Positions 17,445 through 25,821 of a stretch of 33,584 nt of DNA are shown here, in pieces. Source of the stretch: an uncultured Acetobacter sp. (GTDB taxonomy: Bacteria; Pseudomonadota; Alphaproteobacteria; RF32; CAG-239). The number at the start of each line of letters is the position of its first letter. The stretch's first letter is position 1. The position numbers and the translations under genes were made by a program. The notes under the pieces are model-generated. The model saw only the letters and a list, made by a program, of their open reading frames with translations, was not told the origin of the DNA and made no database searches. The stretch is taken from NCBI GenBank assembly GCA_964599945.1, contig CAZRHI010000003.1:1-33584 (forward strand), read 5' to 3'.

Positions 17445-18395
17445 TTATTTGTAGCTATTGATTTTATTTTGAATAGCTTCAAGGCTTCTGCTGTTAAACG
17501 GTTCACCGTTAATAATAAGCATCGGTACACCGTTAATTCCCAAAACTTGAGATAAAGCATCAATGTCTTGAGAGCCACGACGAATACTCTTTTCTTCAAT
17601 CATCTCTTTAATTTCATCAACATTAAGACCTTCGTCAACCAAAATCTGGTTAATAGTTTCTTCGTTCATTTCAGGCAAAGTCATAACACCATCAAAAACT
17701 TCAACGAATTTACCTTTTTGAGCCGCCGCCAATGAAACTTTTGCTGCATAGTTGGAATGATCGCTAATGAAATATAAAGGTTGGAAAACAAACTTAACAT
17801 CAGGATTGTTTCTCATCAATTCGCTCATAACAGGAGCTAAAGATTTACAATGACTACAAGCAAAGTCAAAAAACTCTACAACAGCCACTTGCGCATCTTC
17901 AGGTCCAACAAAAGGAGCAACTTTGCTGTTTCTCATCTCATCCCAATGATCATGGAATTTTTGAGTTTCATCTGCTTCATCTTGAGATTGCTCATCATTG
18001 TTTTCTGCTTCACCAGAATCAGTAGAAACATGTGATGCCACAGCATTTTTAAAAGCTTCAGTTTCTATAACAGAATTTGCGACAAAGTCAGCATTATTAC
18101 GAATAAAATCTTCAATAATTGCAGGATTGTTTTCTATATAGTCCTTAATTTTGTTTCCAATTTCTTCATCACTAATCGTTGAGAAGTTTTTAACAATATC
18201 TCCAAAATTTTCACTTTTAGCAATATTTTCTAAAATAGCCTGTGAATTATTATTAACATACTGTTCCACAGTCATATCAATTTGTTTTTGTTGGTCTGCC
18301 TTTTTTTCTGGGCAAGTTCTATCTAAATAAATCATACCTCCAGCACCAGCAGCAGCCAATATGAAAATAGCCAACCCGTTCAATAATTTGTTCAT
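17445..18395 (-). CDS. DsbA-family thiol:disulfide oxidoreductase, membrane-anchored, with a long acidic linker
   Basis: It has an N-terminal TM (GLAIFILAAAGAGGMIY) and an acidic low-complexity stretch, DSGEAENNDEQSQDEADETQ. The thioredoxin fold shows VEFFDFACSHCK (CxxC) and a cis-Pro region, GINGVPMLIINGE. GGGGA SD precedes the start. Confidence 0.8.
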   Translation of the reverse strand: MNKLLNGLAIFILAAAGAGGMIYLDRTCPEKKADQQKQIDMTVEQYVNNNSQAILENIAKSENFGDIVKNFSTISDEEIGNKIKDYIENNPAIIEDFIRNNADFVANSVIETEAFKNAVASHVSTDSGEAENNDEQSQDEADETQKFHDHWDEMRNSKVAPFVGPEDAQVAVVEFFDFACSHCKSLAPVMSELMRNNPDVKFVFQPLYFISDHSNYAAKVSLAAAQKGKFVEVFDGVMTLPEMNEETINQILVDEGLNVDEIKEMIEEKSIRRGSQDIDALSQVLGINGVPMLIINGEPFNSRSLEAIQNKINSYK

Positions 18396-18524
18396 CTTAA
18401 AATCCCCATAAAAAATAATACCAAATATAATTTATCAGCCAAAATATTAAATGCAATAGCTTTTTAACAAACATCACAAACAAAAATAGAAGCATCAAAC
18501 ATCTCAATAGTCATTTTTTTAAAC

Positions 18525-18553
18525 AAAAAAGGCTCTCGCAATAAGCAAGAGCC
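18525..18553 (-). terminator. rho-independent terminator after the upstream DsbA-like gene
   Basis: On the minus strand, GGCTCTTGC(ttatt)GCGAGAGCC forms 9 bp with one G-U pair. It is followed by TTTTTT. It lies 24 nt downstream of the stop at 18577. Confidence 0.55.
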
Positions 18554-18576
18554 TAATATATCTTAAAGAAGTAAGA

Positions 18577-19335
18577 CTATTTCAAATTGTCAATAGCGTT
18601 TTGAATTTGGTTTACTTCAATAGCTTGTAAAGGTTCGCCGTTAATAATCAACGTTGGAACACCACGAATCTCTACTGTTTGAGAAAGCTCAGTAATAGCT
18701 TCTAAGCTTTTCTTAACTTTGTCGCTGTTCATAATCTCTTTGGTTTTAGCAACATCAAGACCAGCCTTAGAGATAATTTCTTCAATAGCAGCCTCGTCAA
18801 CAGGACCATTGTGAGTTAAGAAAGCTTTATAAACTTCTAAGAACTTTCCTTGTTCATTTGCTGCCATTGCAGCTTTAGCTGTTTGCAAAGAACCAAGGAA
18901 TGTAACAGGCTTAAATACAAACTTCACATCAGGGTTTGCTTTAATAACTTTTTCCATAGTTGGAGCTAAACGTTTGCAATAACCACAGTTAAAGTCAAAA
19001 AATTCAACGATAGTGATTTTTGCATCTTTTGGTCCAACAAATGGAGAATTATCTGCATTGTTTAATTCTTCAATATTTGCTTTATAAGATTCTGCAACAC
19101 GTTTTTGAGCTTCAATTTGCTCTTGTCTTGCTGCCAAGTCCAAAGCTTCACGAATTTTCATCGGATTGTTTTGTAAATAAGCTTCAATAGCTTGGTCAAT
19201 GTTCGTAGCTTCTGCAACATCAGCTGGAGCAACGTTAACAGAATTTTTACCAGCAACATGCGCAGCCAAACTTACTGAAACAAGCACACTGGCAATAACT
19301 GAAATTAAAATAGTAATGATATTATCTTTATTCAT
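18577..19335 (-). CDS. DsbA-family thiol:disulfide oxidoreductase, membrane-anchored
   Basis: It has an N-terminal TM and VEFFDFNCGYCKR (CxxC). IRGVPTLIINGE is the cis-Pro loop. The body is collinear with the neighbouring paralog, for example NPDVKFVF.P and QKGKF.EV. Confidence 0.8.
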   Translation of the reverse strand: MNKDNIITILISVIASVLVSVSLAAHVAGKNSVNVAPADVAEATNIDQAIEAYLQNNPMKIREALDLAARQEQIEAQKRVAESYKANIEELNNADNSPFVGPKDAKITIVEFFDFNCGYCKRLAPTMEKVIKANPDVKFVFKPVTFLGSLQTAKAAMAANEQGKFLEVYKAFLTHNGPVDEAAIEEIISKAGLDVAKTKEIMNSDKVKKSLEAITELSQTVEIRGVPTLIINGEPLQAIEVNQIQNAIDNLK

Positions 19336-19418
19336 AATTTCCCATCCTAAAAAAATGTTATATAACCCCTAAAACGTACTTTAATAAAAAATAAATGCAA
19401 GCTTAAAATAAAAATATG

Positions 19419-19424
19419 TTGACA
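19419..19424 (+). promoter_or_regulatory. possible -35 element (TTGACA) upstream of the DUF47-PiT genes
   Basis: A perfect TTGACA sits in the divergent intergenic region. I cannot place a convincing -10 hexamer at 16-18 nt spacing, because the region downstream is simply A/T-rich. Confidence 0.25.
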
Positions 19425-19499
19425 AAGTGAGTAAATTTTAAAATCATAAGACAAAGATTATTAAAAGAAGTATTGTTTTAAAAATTCAAATCAAGAGGT

Positions 19500-20168
19500 A
19501 TGAGTTTAATGTTTAATGTAAAGATGTCCTTATTTGCTCGCACACGCGAACTAGAACATATTATAGATCAACTGCATGATAAAATTATTGAAATATCAAT
19601 GGTATTTAAAGACGCGATAGAAGTATATCTCGCCGAGCGTCGAAGTGATAATTACCGCCAAATCAGTAAAAAGATAAAAACAATAGAACACGATTCTGAT
19701 TCACTACGTCGTGAAATCGAGAGCAGATTATATGAACAAAACCTCATACCAGATATGCGTGGTAATATTTTGCAATTAGTGGAAAATCTAGACAGAGTGG
19801 TGAATCTTTTTGATGAAGTGGCTCACAAATTTTATATTGAACAACCAGATATCCCCGAATGCTATCATGAACAATTAAAAACACTAGTACGCCAAGTTTC
19901 CGAATGTGCTGAGAATATGGCGATTTCTTCTCGTGCATTTTTTAGAGATTTAGTAACACTTCGAGATTATTCAAAAAAAGTATATCTTTTAGAACATCAA
20001 AGCGATAAAACTTCAGGAAAACTACGCAAAGCTGTGTTTGATTCAGAGTTGGAATTAGCGCAAAAAATACAAATCAATACATTTGTCGAAGAAGTGGCAG
20101 ATATTGCGGATTTGGCAGAAGATTGCATCGATTCGCTCTTGATTTTTGCAATTAAGAGGGAAATTTAA
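19500..20168 (+). CDS. DUF47 / PhoU-like phosphate-transport regulator (TIGR00153-type, PiT-associated)
   Basis: It is an all-helical protein of about 220 aa whose stop lies 3 nt before a PiT transporter, which is the conserved pairing. HDSDSLRREIE and EHQSDKTSGKL resemble the repeated E/D..D motifs of the family. GAGG at 19494-19497 fits ATG 19509 better than ATG 19500. Confidence 0.7.
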   Translation: MSLMFNVKMSLFARTRELEHIIDQLHDKIIEISMVFKDAIEVYLAERRSDNYRQISKKIKTIEHDSDSLRREIESRLYEQNLIPDMRGNILQLVENLDRVVNLFDEVAHKFYIEQPDIPECYHEQLKTLVRQVSECAENMAISSRAFFRDLVTLRDYSKKVYLLEHQSDKTSGKLRKAVFDSELELAQKIQINTFVEEVADIADLAEDCIDSLLIFAIKREI

Positions 20169-20171
20169 TCA

Positions 20172-21224
20172 ATGTTGACATATCTGTTTTTCCTCTCAAG
20201 TGGTTTATTTCTCGGGTGGTCATTAGGGGCAAATGATGCTTCTAATATCTTTGGAACCGCAGTCGGAACTAAAATGCTCCGTTTCACAACAGCAGCCCTA
20301 ATTGCCAGTATATTTATTGTGTTAGGCTCTGTTGTTAGCGGGCAAAACACCGCAGATACCTTAAACGCCCTAGGTGGTGTAAACACATTAGCCGCAGCGT
20401 TTTCAGTATCTCTTTCTTCGGCAATGGCTGTGGTTTTAATGCTAAGGGTAGGGATTAGCGTTTCAATTTCTCAAGCCATAGTTGGTGGAATTGTGGGGTG
20501 GAATGTATATACAAATAATCCAACAGATATGGATACGTTAGCAAATATTTGTGGGTCGTGGATTTTCTGCCCTATCATCTCAGGTGTGATTGCCGTAACC
20601 ATTTATTTGTGCATCAAAAAAATCTTACGTCATAGCAAAATACACATCTTACGACAAGATTTAGCCGTAAGAGTAGGGATGATTTTAACGACAGCCTTAG
20701 GTGGCTTTGCTTTGGGTGCAAATAATATGGCAAACGTGGTTGGTGTCTTTGTCGATTCGTGTATTTTCACCCCAATAAAACTCGGAGAAATTTATACATT
20801 AAGTGGTATACAAGTCCTATTTTTGCTAGGTGCGTTAGCTGCCTGCGTTGGTGTTTTCACATATTCCAAAAAGGCCATAAAAACCGTAGGGAAAAATGTC
20901 TTAGCTTTTTCACCAGTGGTTGCATGGATTGTGATTTTATCTCAATCTCTGGTGTTAATCTTGTTTTCATCACGAGGTCTTGAAAATTTCTTAATTTCAA
21001 TAGGCTTACCACCCTTACCAGCTGTTCCAGTTTCTAGCACGCAAGCGGTTATTGGTGCGATTGTGGGTATTGGCTTAGCCAAAGGTGGTAAAGGAATAAA
21101 ATGGAGTGTTGTGTTAAGGTTAGTATCTGGCTGGGTGGCTTCCCCTCTAATTGCATTTGTACTAAGCTATATCACGCTATCATTTATGGAAAATGTTTTC
21201 CGTCAACAAGTTTACTTACCATAA
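20172..21224 (+). CDS. pit: inorganic phosphate transporter, PiT (PHO4) family
   Basis: It has the duplicated signature GANDASNIFGTAVGT (N-terminal half) and GANNMANVVG (C-terminal half). It is 350 aa and polytopic. Confidence 0.9.
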   Translation: MLTYLFFLSSGLFLGWSLGANDASNIFGTAVGTKMLRFTTAALIASIFIVLGSVVSGQNTADTLNALGGVNTLAAAFSVSLSSAMAVVLMLRVGISVSISQAIVGGIVGWNVYTNNPTDMDTLANICGSWIFCPIISGVIAVTIYLCIKKILRHSKIHILRQDLAVRVGMILTTALGGFALGANNMANVVGVFVDSCIFTPIKLGEIYTLSGIQVLFLLGALAACVGVFTYSKKAIKTVGKNVLAFSPVVAWIVILSQSLVLILFSSRGLENFLISIGLPPLPAVPVSSTQAVIGAIVGIGLAKGGKGIKWSVVLRLVSGWVASPLIAFVLSYITLSFMENVFRQQVYLP

Positions 21225-21235
21225 AGGAGAACAAC

Positions 21236-22738
21236 ATGACATTGCAAAGCTTTTATCGTAAAATGCCACCATTTTTATTGCTATTGCATTTATTTATAGG
21301 GCTTTGCTTTTGTTTGTATGTCGTCTGCCTAACAGATAGCTTAGGAGGGGATACATTAGAGCATATTCACTCTTCATGGTTGGTTTATGCAAATTTTATT
21401 CCGTATAAAGATTTTTTTCAACATCATAACCCATTATTGTGGTATATGTTTGCTCCGTTTGTAGGTCTTCATGCTAAAGGGCTTGATGATAACATCATCA
21501 CAGCAACAGTTGTTTCGGCCGCAATAATTGTTTCGTTTATAAACTATCTATATTTATACCTCATAACATCGCGTTTTTTAAGTTCAAAGTTCGCTGGAAT
21601 AATTGCCTCAGCGATTGCCTTTACGCCATATGTTGTGCTTTCCGTAATTCACTTCCGTCCAGATAATTTTATGATGACAGCGTTTTTTGCGGGTCTTTAT
21701 TACTATTTTTGCCATATTAAGGAGCAAAAGCTCTGGACATTAGTGTTGGCGTTTTTTCTCTTTTGGTGTTCGTTTATGTTTTTGCAAAAGATAGTATTCA
21801 CGCTCATCTTAATCGGCTGCATAACATTACTCTTGCTATATCAAAAAAAATTAGACTGGAACAATGTCATATACGCCGCCTCCTTGCCAATAGCCTTAAG
21901 TCTACTATTTGTCGCATATCTCTATAAACATGACATCTTAGCGGTGTGGTATCATTCAAATTTCACATTTAATTTACATATTCCAGAGCTTTTTGATGAA
22001 CGACGTATTGGGCATATCTGGCCAGAGTTAAAATTACTATTGGCAGGGGCGTTTGCTGCAATCGTGTTGTGTTTAAAGAAATCAAATGTATATTTTAAGA
22101 TTATCGCACTCATCTTTGTTGTGGAATTATGTCAGCGGTTGTTTTATTTTTCAGCGTTTGCGTATTATTTTTATCTGGTCATCTACACTGCATCTATCTT
22201 ATCTGCCGTGTTTTTATGCGAAAAAGTATTCAATCGCTGGTATGGCTTGTCATATATTTTGGTAATTGCCATAGGGTGGTGTATGTATGAACCAGCCATA
22301 TATGAAGGTAATATTGGTGCGCCAAAGAAACGTTTTTATGAACCACTAAACAAACAAGTCGTCCGCTTATCAACTCCATGTGATTATATCTTAAATGGCG
22401 ATGGAATTATTTATAATTTATATAATCGTGATCCACATTATTATTGGAATTTATTAGGGCAAACAGATGTTATTGGGGCAAAAGTGGGAATACACCCGTT
22501 AATGGATATTAACAATGTTATAAAAACATATAAACCCAAAATTATTAACGCTGCTCCATTTTTTGATAAGTTTGCCAAAGAACGAGGATATGATGTCATC
22601 GTGCATCTTCCAGATATGAATTTAGTGGAAACATATTATAAACCCATGGGTAATGACTTGTATATCTTAAAGCCAGAATATGCCCCTGTGAAATGTGAAT
22701 ATGATTATAAAAAACGTTATTACCACGCATACGACTAA
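21236..22738 (+). CDS. polytopic membrane protein, probable GT-C fold glycosyltransferase (ArnT/PMT_2-like)
   Basis: AAGGAG at 21224-21229 precedes ATG 21236. The track start at 21101 would overlap pit in another frame. The first loop reads GGDTLEHIHSSWLVYANFIPYKDFFQHHNPLLWYMFAP. This resembles the D/E...PY.D....PPL.Y loop of GT39/GT83 enzymes. About 11 TM spans precede a soluble C-terminal domain of about 140 aa. Confidence 0.5.
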   Translation: MTLQSFYRKMPPFLLLLHLFIGLCFCLYVVCLTDSLGGDTLEHIHSSWLVYANFIPYKDFFQHHNPLLWYMFAPFVGLHAKGLDDNIITATVVSAAIIVSFINYLYLYLITSRFLSSKFAGIIASAIAFTPYVVLSVIHFRPDNFMMTAFFAGLYYYFCHIKEQKLWTLVLAFFLFWCSFMFLQKIVFTLILIGCITLLLLYQKKLDWNNVIYAASLPIALSLLFVAYLYKHDILAVWYHSNFTFNLHIPELFDERRIGHIWPELKLLLAGAFAAIVLCLKKSNVYFKIIALIFVVELCQRLFYFSAFAYYFYLVIYTASILSAVFLCEKVFNRWYGLSYILVIAIGWCMYEPAIYEGNIGAPKKRFYEPLNKQVVRLSTPCDYILNGDGIIYNLYNRDPHYYWNLLGQTDVIGAKVGIHPLMDINNVIKTYKPKIINAAPFFDKFAKERGYDVIVHLPDMNLVETYYKPMGNDLYILKPEYAPVKCEYDYKKRYYHAYD

Positions 22739-22876
22739 CTTATAAATGAAAATCTAATTCTGCTCCGATCCCAATTTTGGGCGGAAAGCTAAATAGTATC
22801 TCAATAAATATACCTCATCATACTCAGCAAAGCAGAGCAATAAACATAACAAGTCAAGAACTTTATGGATAGTTAG

Positions 22877-24865
22877 TTAAATATCCAAATCTTCTGCAAA
22901 CTTAGCGCGTTCAATAATAAATTTAAAACGTTGCTCAGGGTCTTTACCCATTAAACGCTCAACCTGACGTCTAGTTTCAAAAGCTTCATCACGAGATTCT
23001 TCGGTGTTTGCCGTAGGAATAGTAACCCTTAAAAGAACACGATTGTTTTTATCCATGGTTGTTTCTTTTAGCTGTAAAGCACTCATCTCTCCCAATCCTT
23101 TGAAACGACTAATGTCAGGCTTTTGATTGGCTTTAGCTTTGCTAAGAATTTTGTCTTTTTCTTCATCATCAAGCGCATAATAGTTTTTGCCACCAAAAAC
23201 GATTTTATATAATGGCGGAGTCGCAATATATAAATGCCCATTTTCAATAAGCTTTGGCATATACTGGTAGAAAAATGTCATCAACAACGAGGTAATATGC
23301 GCACCGTCCACGTCCGCATCGGTCATAATGATAATTTTTTCATATCGCAGATTCTCTTCTTTATAATTATCTTTCGTGCCACAGCCAAGTGCTTCAATCA
23401 TATCTTTAATTTCTTGGTTCTGTGTGATTTTATCAATACTCGCACTAGCCACATTCAAGATTTTACCTCTTAATGGTAAAATCGCCTGTGTCATACGGTC
23501 GCGACCTTGTTTAGCAGAGCCACCAGCAGAATCTCCCTCAACAATAAAAATTTCTGTATCTTCTGCTGCAGATTTAGAGCAATCAGCCAATTTCCCTGGT
23601 AAACGTAATTTTTTAGTAGGGGATTTGCGGTTTTGAACCTTTTCTTCTTTGCGTTTTTTTCTAAGTTCAGCCCTAGAAACAACATAGTCAATCAGAGCCG
23701 AAGCGTTTTCTTTGTCTGAAGAAAGCCAATGGTCAAACGAGTCTTTAACAGCTTTTTCAACTAAATTTATCGCTTTTGTAGAGGTGAGCTTGTCCTTTGT
23801 TTGCCCTTGAAACTGTGGATCGCGAATAAAGACAGAAAGCATAATCGCCGCATCGCTTAAAAAATCCTCAACAGTAACCCCTGAGGCTTTTTTGATATTT
23901 GCCATGTCCGCATATTCTTTTAATCCTTTAAGAAGTGCAGAACGAAAACCTTGTTCATGAGTTCCACCTTGAGGGGTAATAACCGTGTTGCAATAAGAGT
24001 TGCAAAACCCTCTTTCATCATCAGGCCAAGTAATCGCCCATTCCACTTTTCCTTCATCACCAGCAAGTTCTGCCTCTCCAGAAAATGGGGTGCGGTTAAT
24101 CGTGAGCCTTGTGCCAATTTGATAATTTAAAAAGTCCAACAAACCATTAGGAAAATTAAAGTCTGTCTCTGAAGGAATGTTATCTCCCTCATGGATAAGC
24201 TCTGGCGCGCATTTCCAACAAATTTTAATCCCCTTAAATAAAAAAGCCTTAGAACGAGCCATACGATAAATTTTAGCAGGAACAAATTTATTATCAGAGC
24301 CAAAAATCTCTTCATCAGGCAAAAACGTAATGCTTGTTCCACGACGGTTTGGAGCGTTACCAACCAACTCTAATGGGGTTACAGGTTTGCCACAAGAATA
24401 TTCTTGACGATAAAGTTTTTTATCACGAGCAACTTCCACCACGAGTTTCTTAGAAAGCGCATTCACCACCGAAGAGCCAACACCATGCAAGCCACCAGAA
24501 ACCTTATATGCGCCACCACCAAACTTTCCACCAGAGTGTAAAGTCGTTAAAATCACCTCAAGAGCGGATTTGTTAGGATATTTCGGGTGATTGTCAACAG
24601 GAATACCACGTCCATTGTCTGTAATAGTAACAGATAAATCAGCGTTAACCGCAATTTCAATCCGATTAGCATAACCAGCTACAGCCTCGTCCATGGAGTT
24701 GTCTAAAATTTCCGCAACCAAATGGTGTAGAGCTTGTTCATCTGTTCCACCAATATACATACCAGGGCGATGCCGTACAGGATCAAGCCCTTCTAAAACT
24801 TCAATATCTCGTGCGGAGTATTCTTCTTTTGCAACAGTGGTGGAATTTTCAAACAAATCGCTCAT
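22877..24865 (-). CDS. parE: DNA topoisomerase IV subunit B
   Basis: It has the GHKL ATPase and Toprim motifs: IEVLEGLDPVRHRPGMYIGGTD, HHLVAEILDNSMDEA, GGLHGVGSSVVNALS, EIFIVEGDSAGGSAKQGRDR and IIMTDADVDGAHI. At about 662 aa it lacks the GyrB insertion, so I call ParE rather than GyrB. GAGG lies 5 nt before ATG 24865, which I prefer to 24889. Confidence 0.8.
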   Translation of the reverse strand: MSDLFENSTTVAKEEYSARDIEVLEGLDPVRHRPGMYIGGTDEQALHHLVAEILDNSMDEAVAGYANRIEIAVNADLSVTITDNGRGIPVDNHPKYPNKSALEVILTTLHSGGKFGGGAYKVSGGLHGVGSSVVNALSKKLVVEVARDKKLYRQEYSCGKPVTPLELVGNAPNRRGTSITFLPDEEIFGSDNKFVPAKIYRMARSKAFLFKGIKICWKCAPELIHEGDNIPSETDFNFPNGLLDFLNYQIGTRLTINRTPFSGEAELAGDEGKVEWAITWPDDERGFCNSYCNTVITPQGGTHEQGFRSALLKGLKEYADMANIKKASGVTVEDFLSDAAIMLSVFIRDPQFQGQTKDKLTSTKAINLVEKAVKDSFDHWLSSDKENASALIDYVVSRAELRKKRKEEKVQNRKSPTKKLRLPGKLADCSKSAAEDTEIFIVEGDSAGGSAKQGRDRMTQAILPLRGKILNVASASIDKITQNQEIKDMIEALGCGTKDNYKEENLRYEKIIIMTDADVDGAHITSLLMTFFYQYMPKLIENGHLYIATPPLYKIVFGGKNYYALDDEEKDKILSKAKANQKPDISRFKGLGEMSALQLKETTMDKNNRVLLRVTIPTANTEESRDEAFETRRQVERLMGKDPEQRFKFIIERAKFAEDLDI

Positions 24866-25108
24866 TTTTTCCTCTAATTCTTCTAACAATTCTCAAAAAA
24901 TATAGCAAAACAAAACCTGTTTAACAAGCAAAATTTCGGAGTTTTAACAAGAAAAACATAATTTCACATCAGAGTAACCCCCAAAAAAAACAGTGTCAAA
25001 AATAAAACAACAGTATTGAAGTTTGGGGAAAAAATAAAATAGTATTTGAAGCGAGGAGAATATTTGTTATATTCACGTCAATATCTAAAAGTTTATTAAA
25101 GGTGCGAA

Positions 25109-25603
25109 ATGTTTATTGGTTTAGCCGTAGCTCTAGTGGCAACTGCCCTTGATCAGGTCTCAAAGATGTTGGTGTTTGGTTATTTAATGAAAACAGCCCC
25201 AGTGGTGAAAATAACCTCGTTTTTTAATCTGGTTTCCGCGTGGAATACAGGTGTAAGTTTTTCAATGTTTAACGATTTAGGGGATATGGGTGTATATATC
25301 TTATCCGCCTTTTCGTTGCTTGTTGTGAGTTTTCTTATTTGGTGGCTCTCCAAAGAAAAAGATTTTATAGCGCAGATAGCTTTAGGATTGGTTATTGGTG
25401 GGGCTATTGGTAACGTTATCGATCGTTTGCGTACAGGTGCAGTGTTTGATTTTCTGGACTTTCATTTTTCTGGCTATCATTGGCCAGCGTTTAATTTGGC
25501 GGATAGTTTTATCTGCATAGGTGCAATACTCATTATTTTTAATGGTATAGTTTTTAATTGTGAAAAAAGCACCTCGGCTTCTGTGAAAGGATTAAAAAAA
25601 TGA
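25109..25603 (+). CDS. lspA: lipoprotein signal peptidase (signal peptidase II)
   Basis: It has NTGVSFSMF, GGAIGNVIDR and FNLADSFICIG, which carry the catalytic Asp motifs. It is 164 aa with 4 TM spans. AAGGTG SD precedes the start. Confidence 0.9.
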   Translation: MFIGLAVALVATALDQVSKMLVFGYLMKTAPVVKITSFFNLVSAWNTGVSFSMFNDLGDMGVYILSAFSLLVVSFLIWWLSKEKDFIAQIALGLVIGGAIGNVIDRLRTGAVFDFLDFHFSGYHWPAFNLADSFICIGAILIIFNGIVFNCEKSTSASVKGLKK

Positions 25604-25767
25604 AAAAAATGTTTATAATATTAATGCTAATAATGTTTGTTTCTGCTTGTAACATGACTAAAGAAGATTTAGGTATGGCACGTTCCAAACCAGATGAAAG
25701 CAAAGTAAGTAGTCGAGCAAAGTTAGTTGTTCCACCAGAATATAATGTTCTACCACAAGAAAATTAG
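25600..25767 (+). CDS. 55-aa lipoprotein, possibly DUF3035/BamF-like (not in the ORF track because it is under 60 aa)
   Basis: I translated it by hand as MKKMFIILMLIMFVSACNMTKEDLGMARSKPDESKVSSRAKLVVPPEYNVLPQEN. It has a type II signal peptide with the lipobox VSA-C. Its ATG overlaps the lspA stop as ATGA (25600-25603). The proline motif LVVPPEY.LP resembles what I recall of alphaproteobacterial DUF3035. Confidence 0.6.
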   Translation: MKKMFIILMLIMFVSACNMTKEDLGMARSKPDESKVSSRAKLVVPPEYNVLPQEN

Positions 25768-25821
25768 AATTTTTGCACGCACAGACTTAATCAATAAAAA
25801 TAAATTTAAGGTAACAGATAA

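Noticed and set aside
21101-21235. 45-codon N-terminal extension of the GT-C-like ORF that overlaps pit.
   Set aside because: The extension runs through the pit coding region in another frame. A strong AAGGAG sits immediately before the internal ATG at 21236.
22739-22876. Weak hairpin TCCG-AT-CCCAATTTTGGG-CGGA between the convergent GT-C-like and parE genes, as a possible terminator.
   Set aside because: The stem is short and interrupted, and no adequate T-run follows on either strand. I cannot support it as a terminator.
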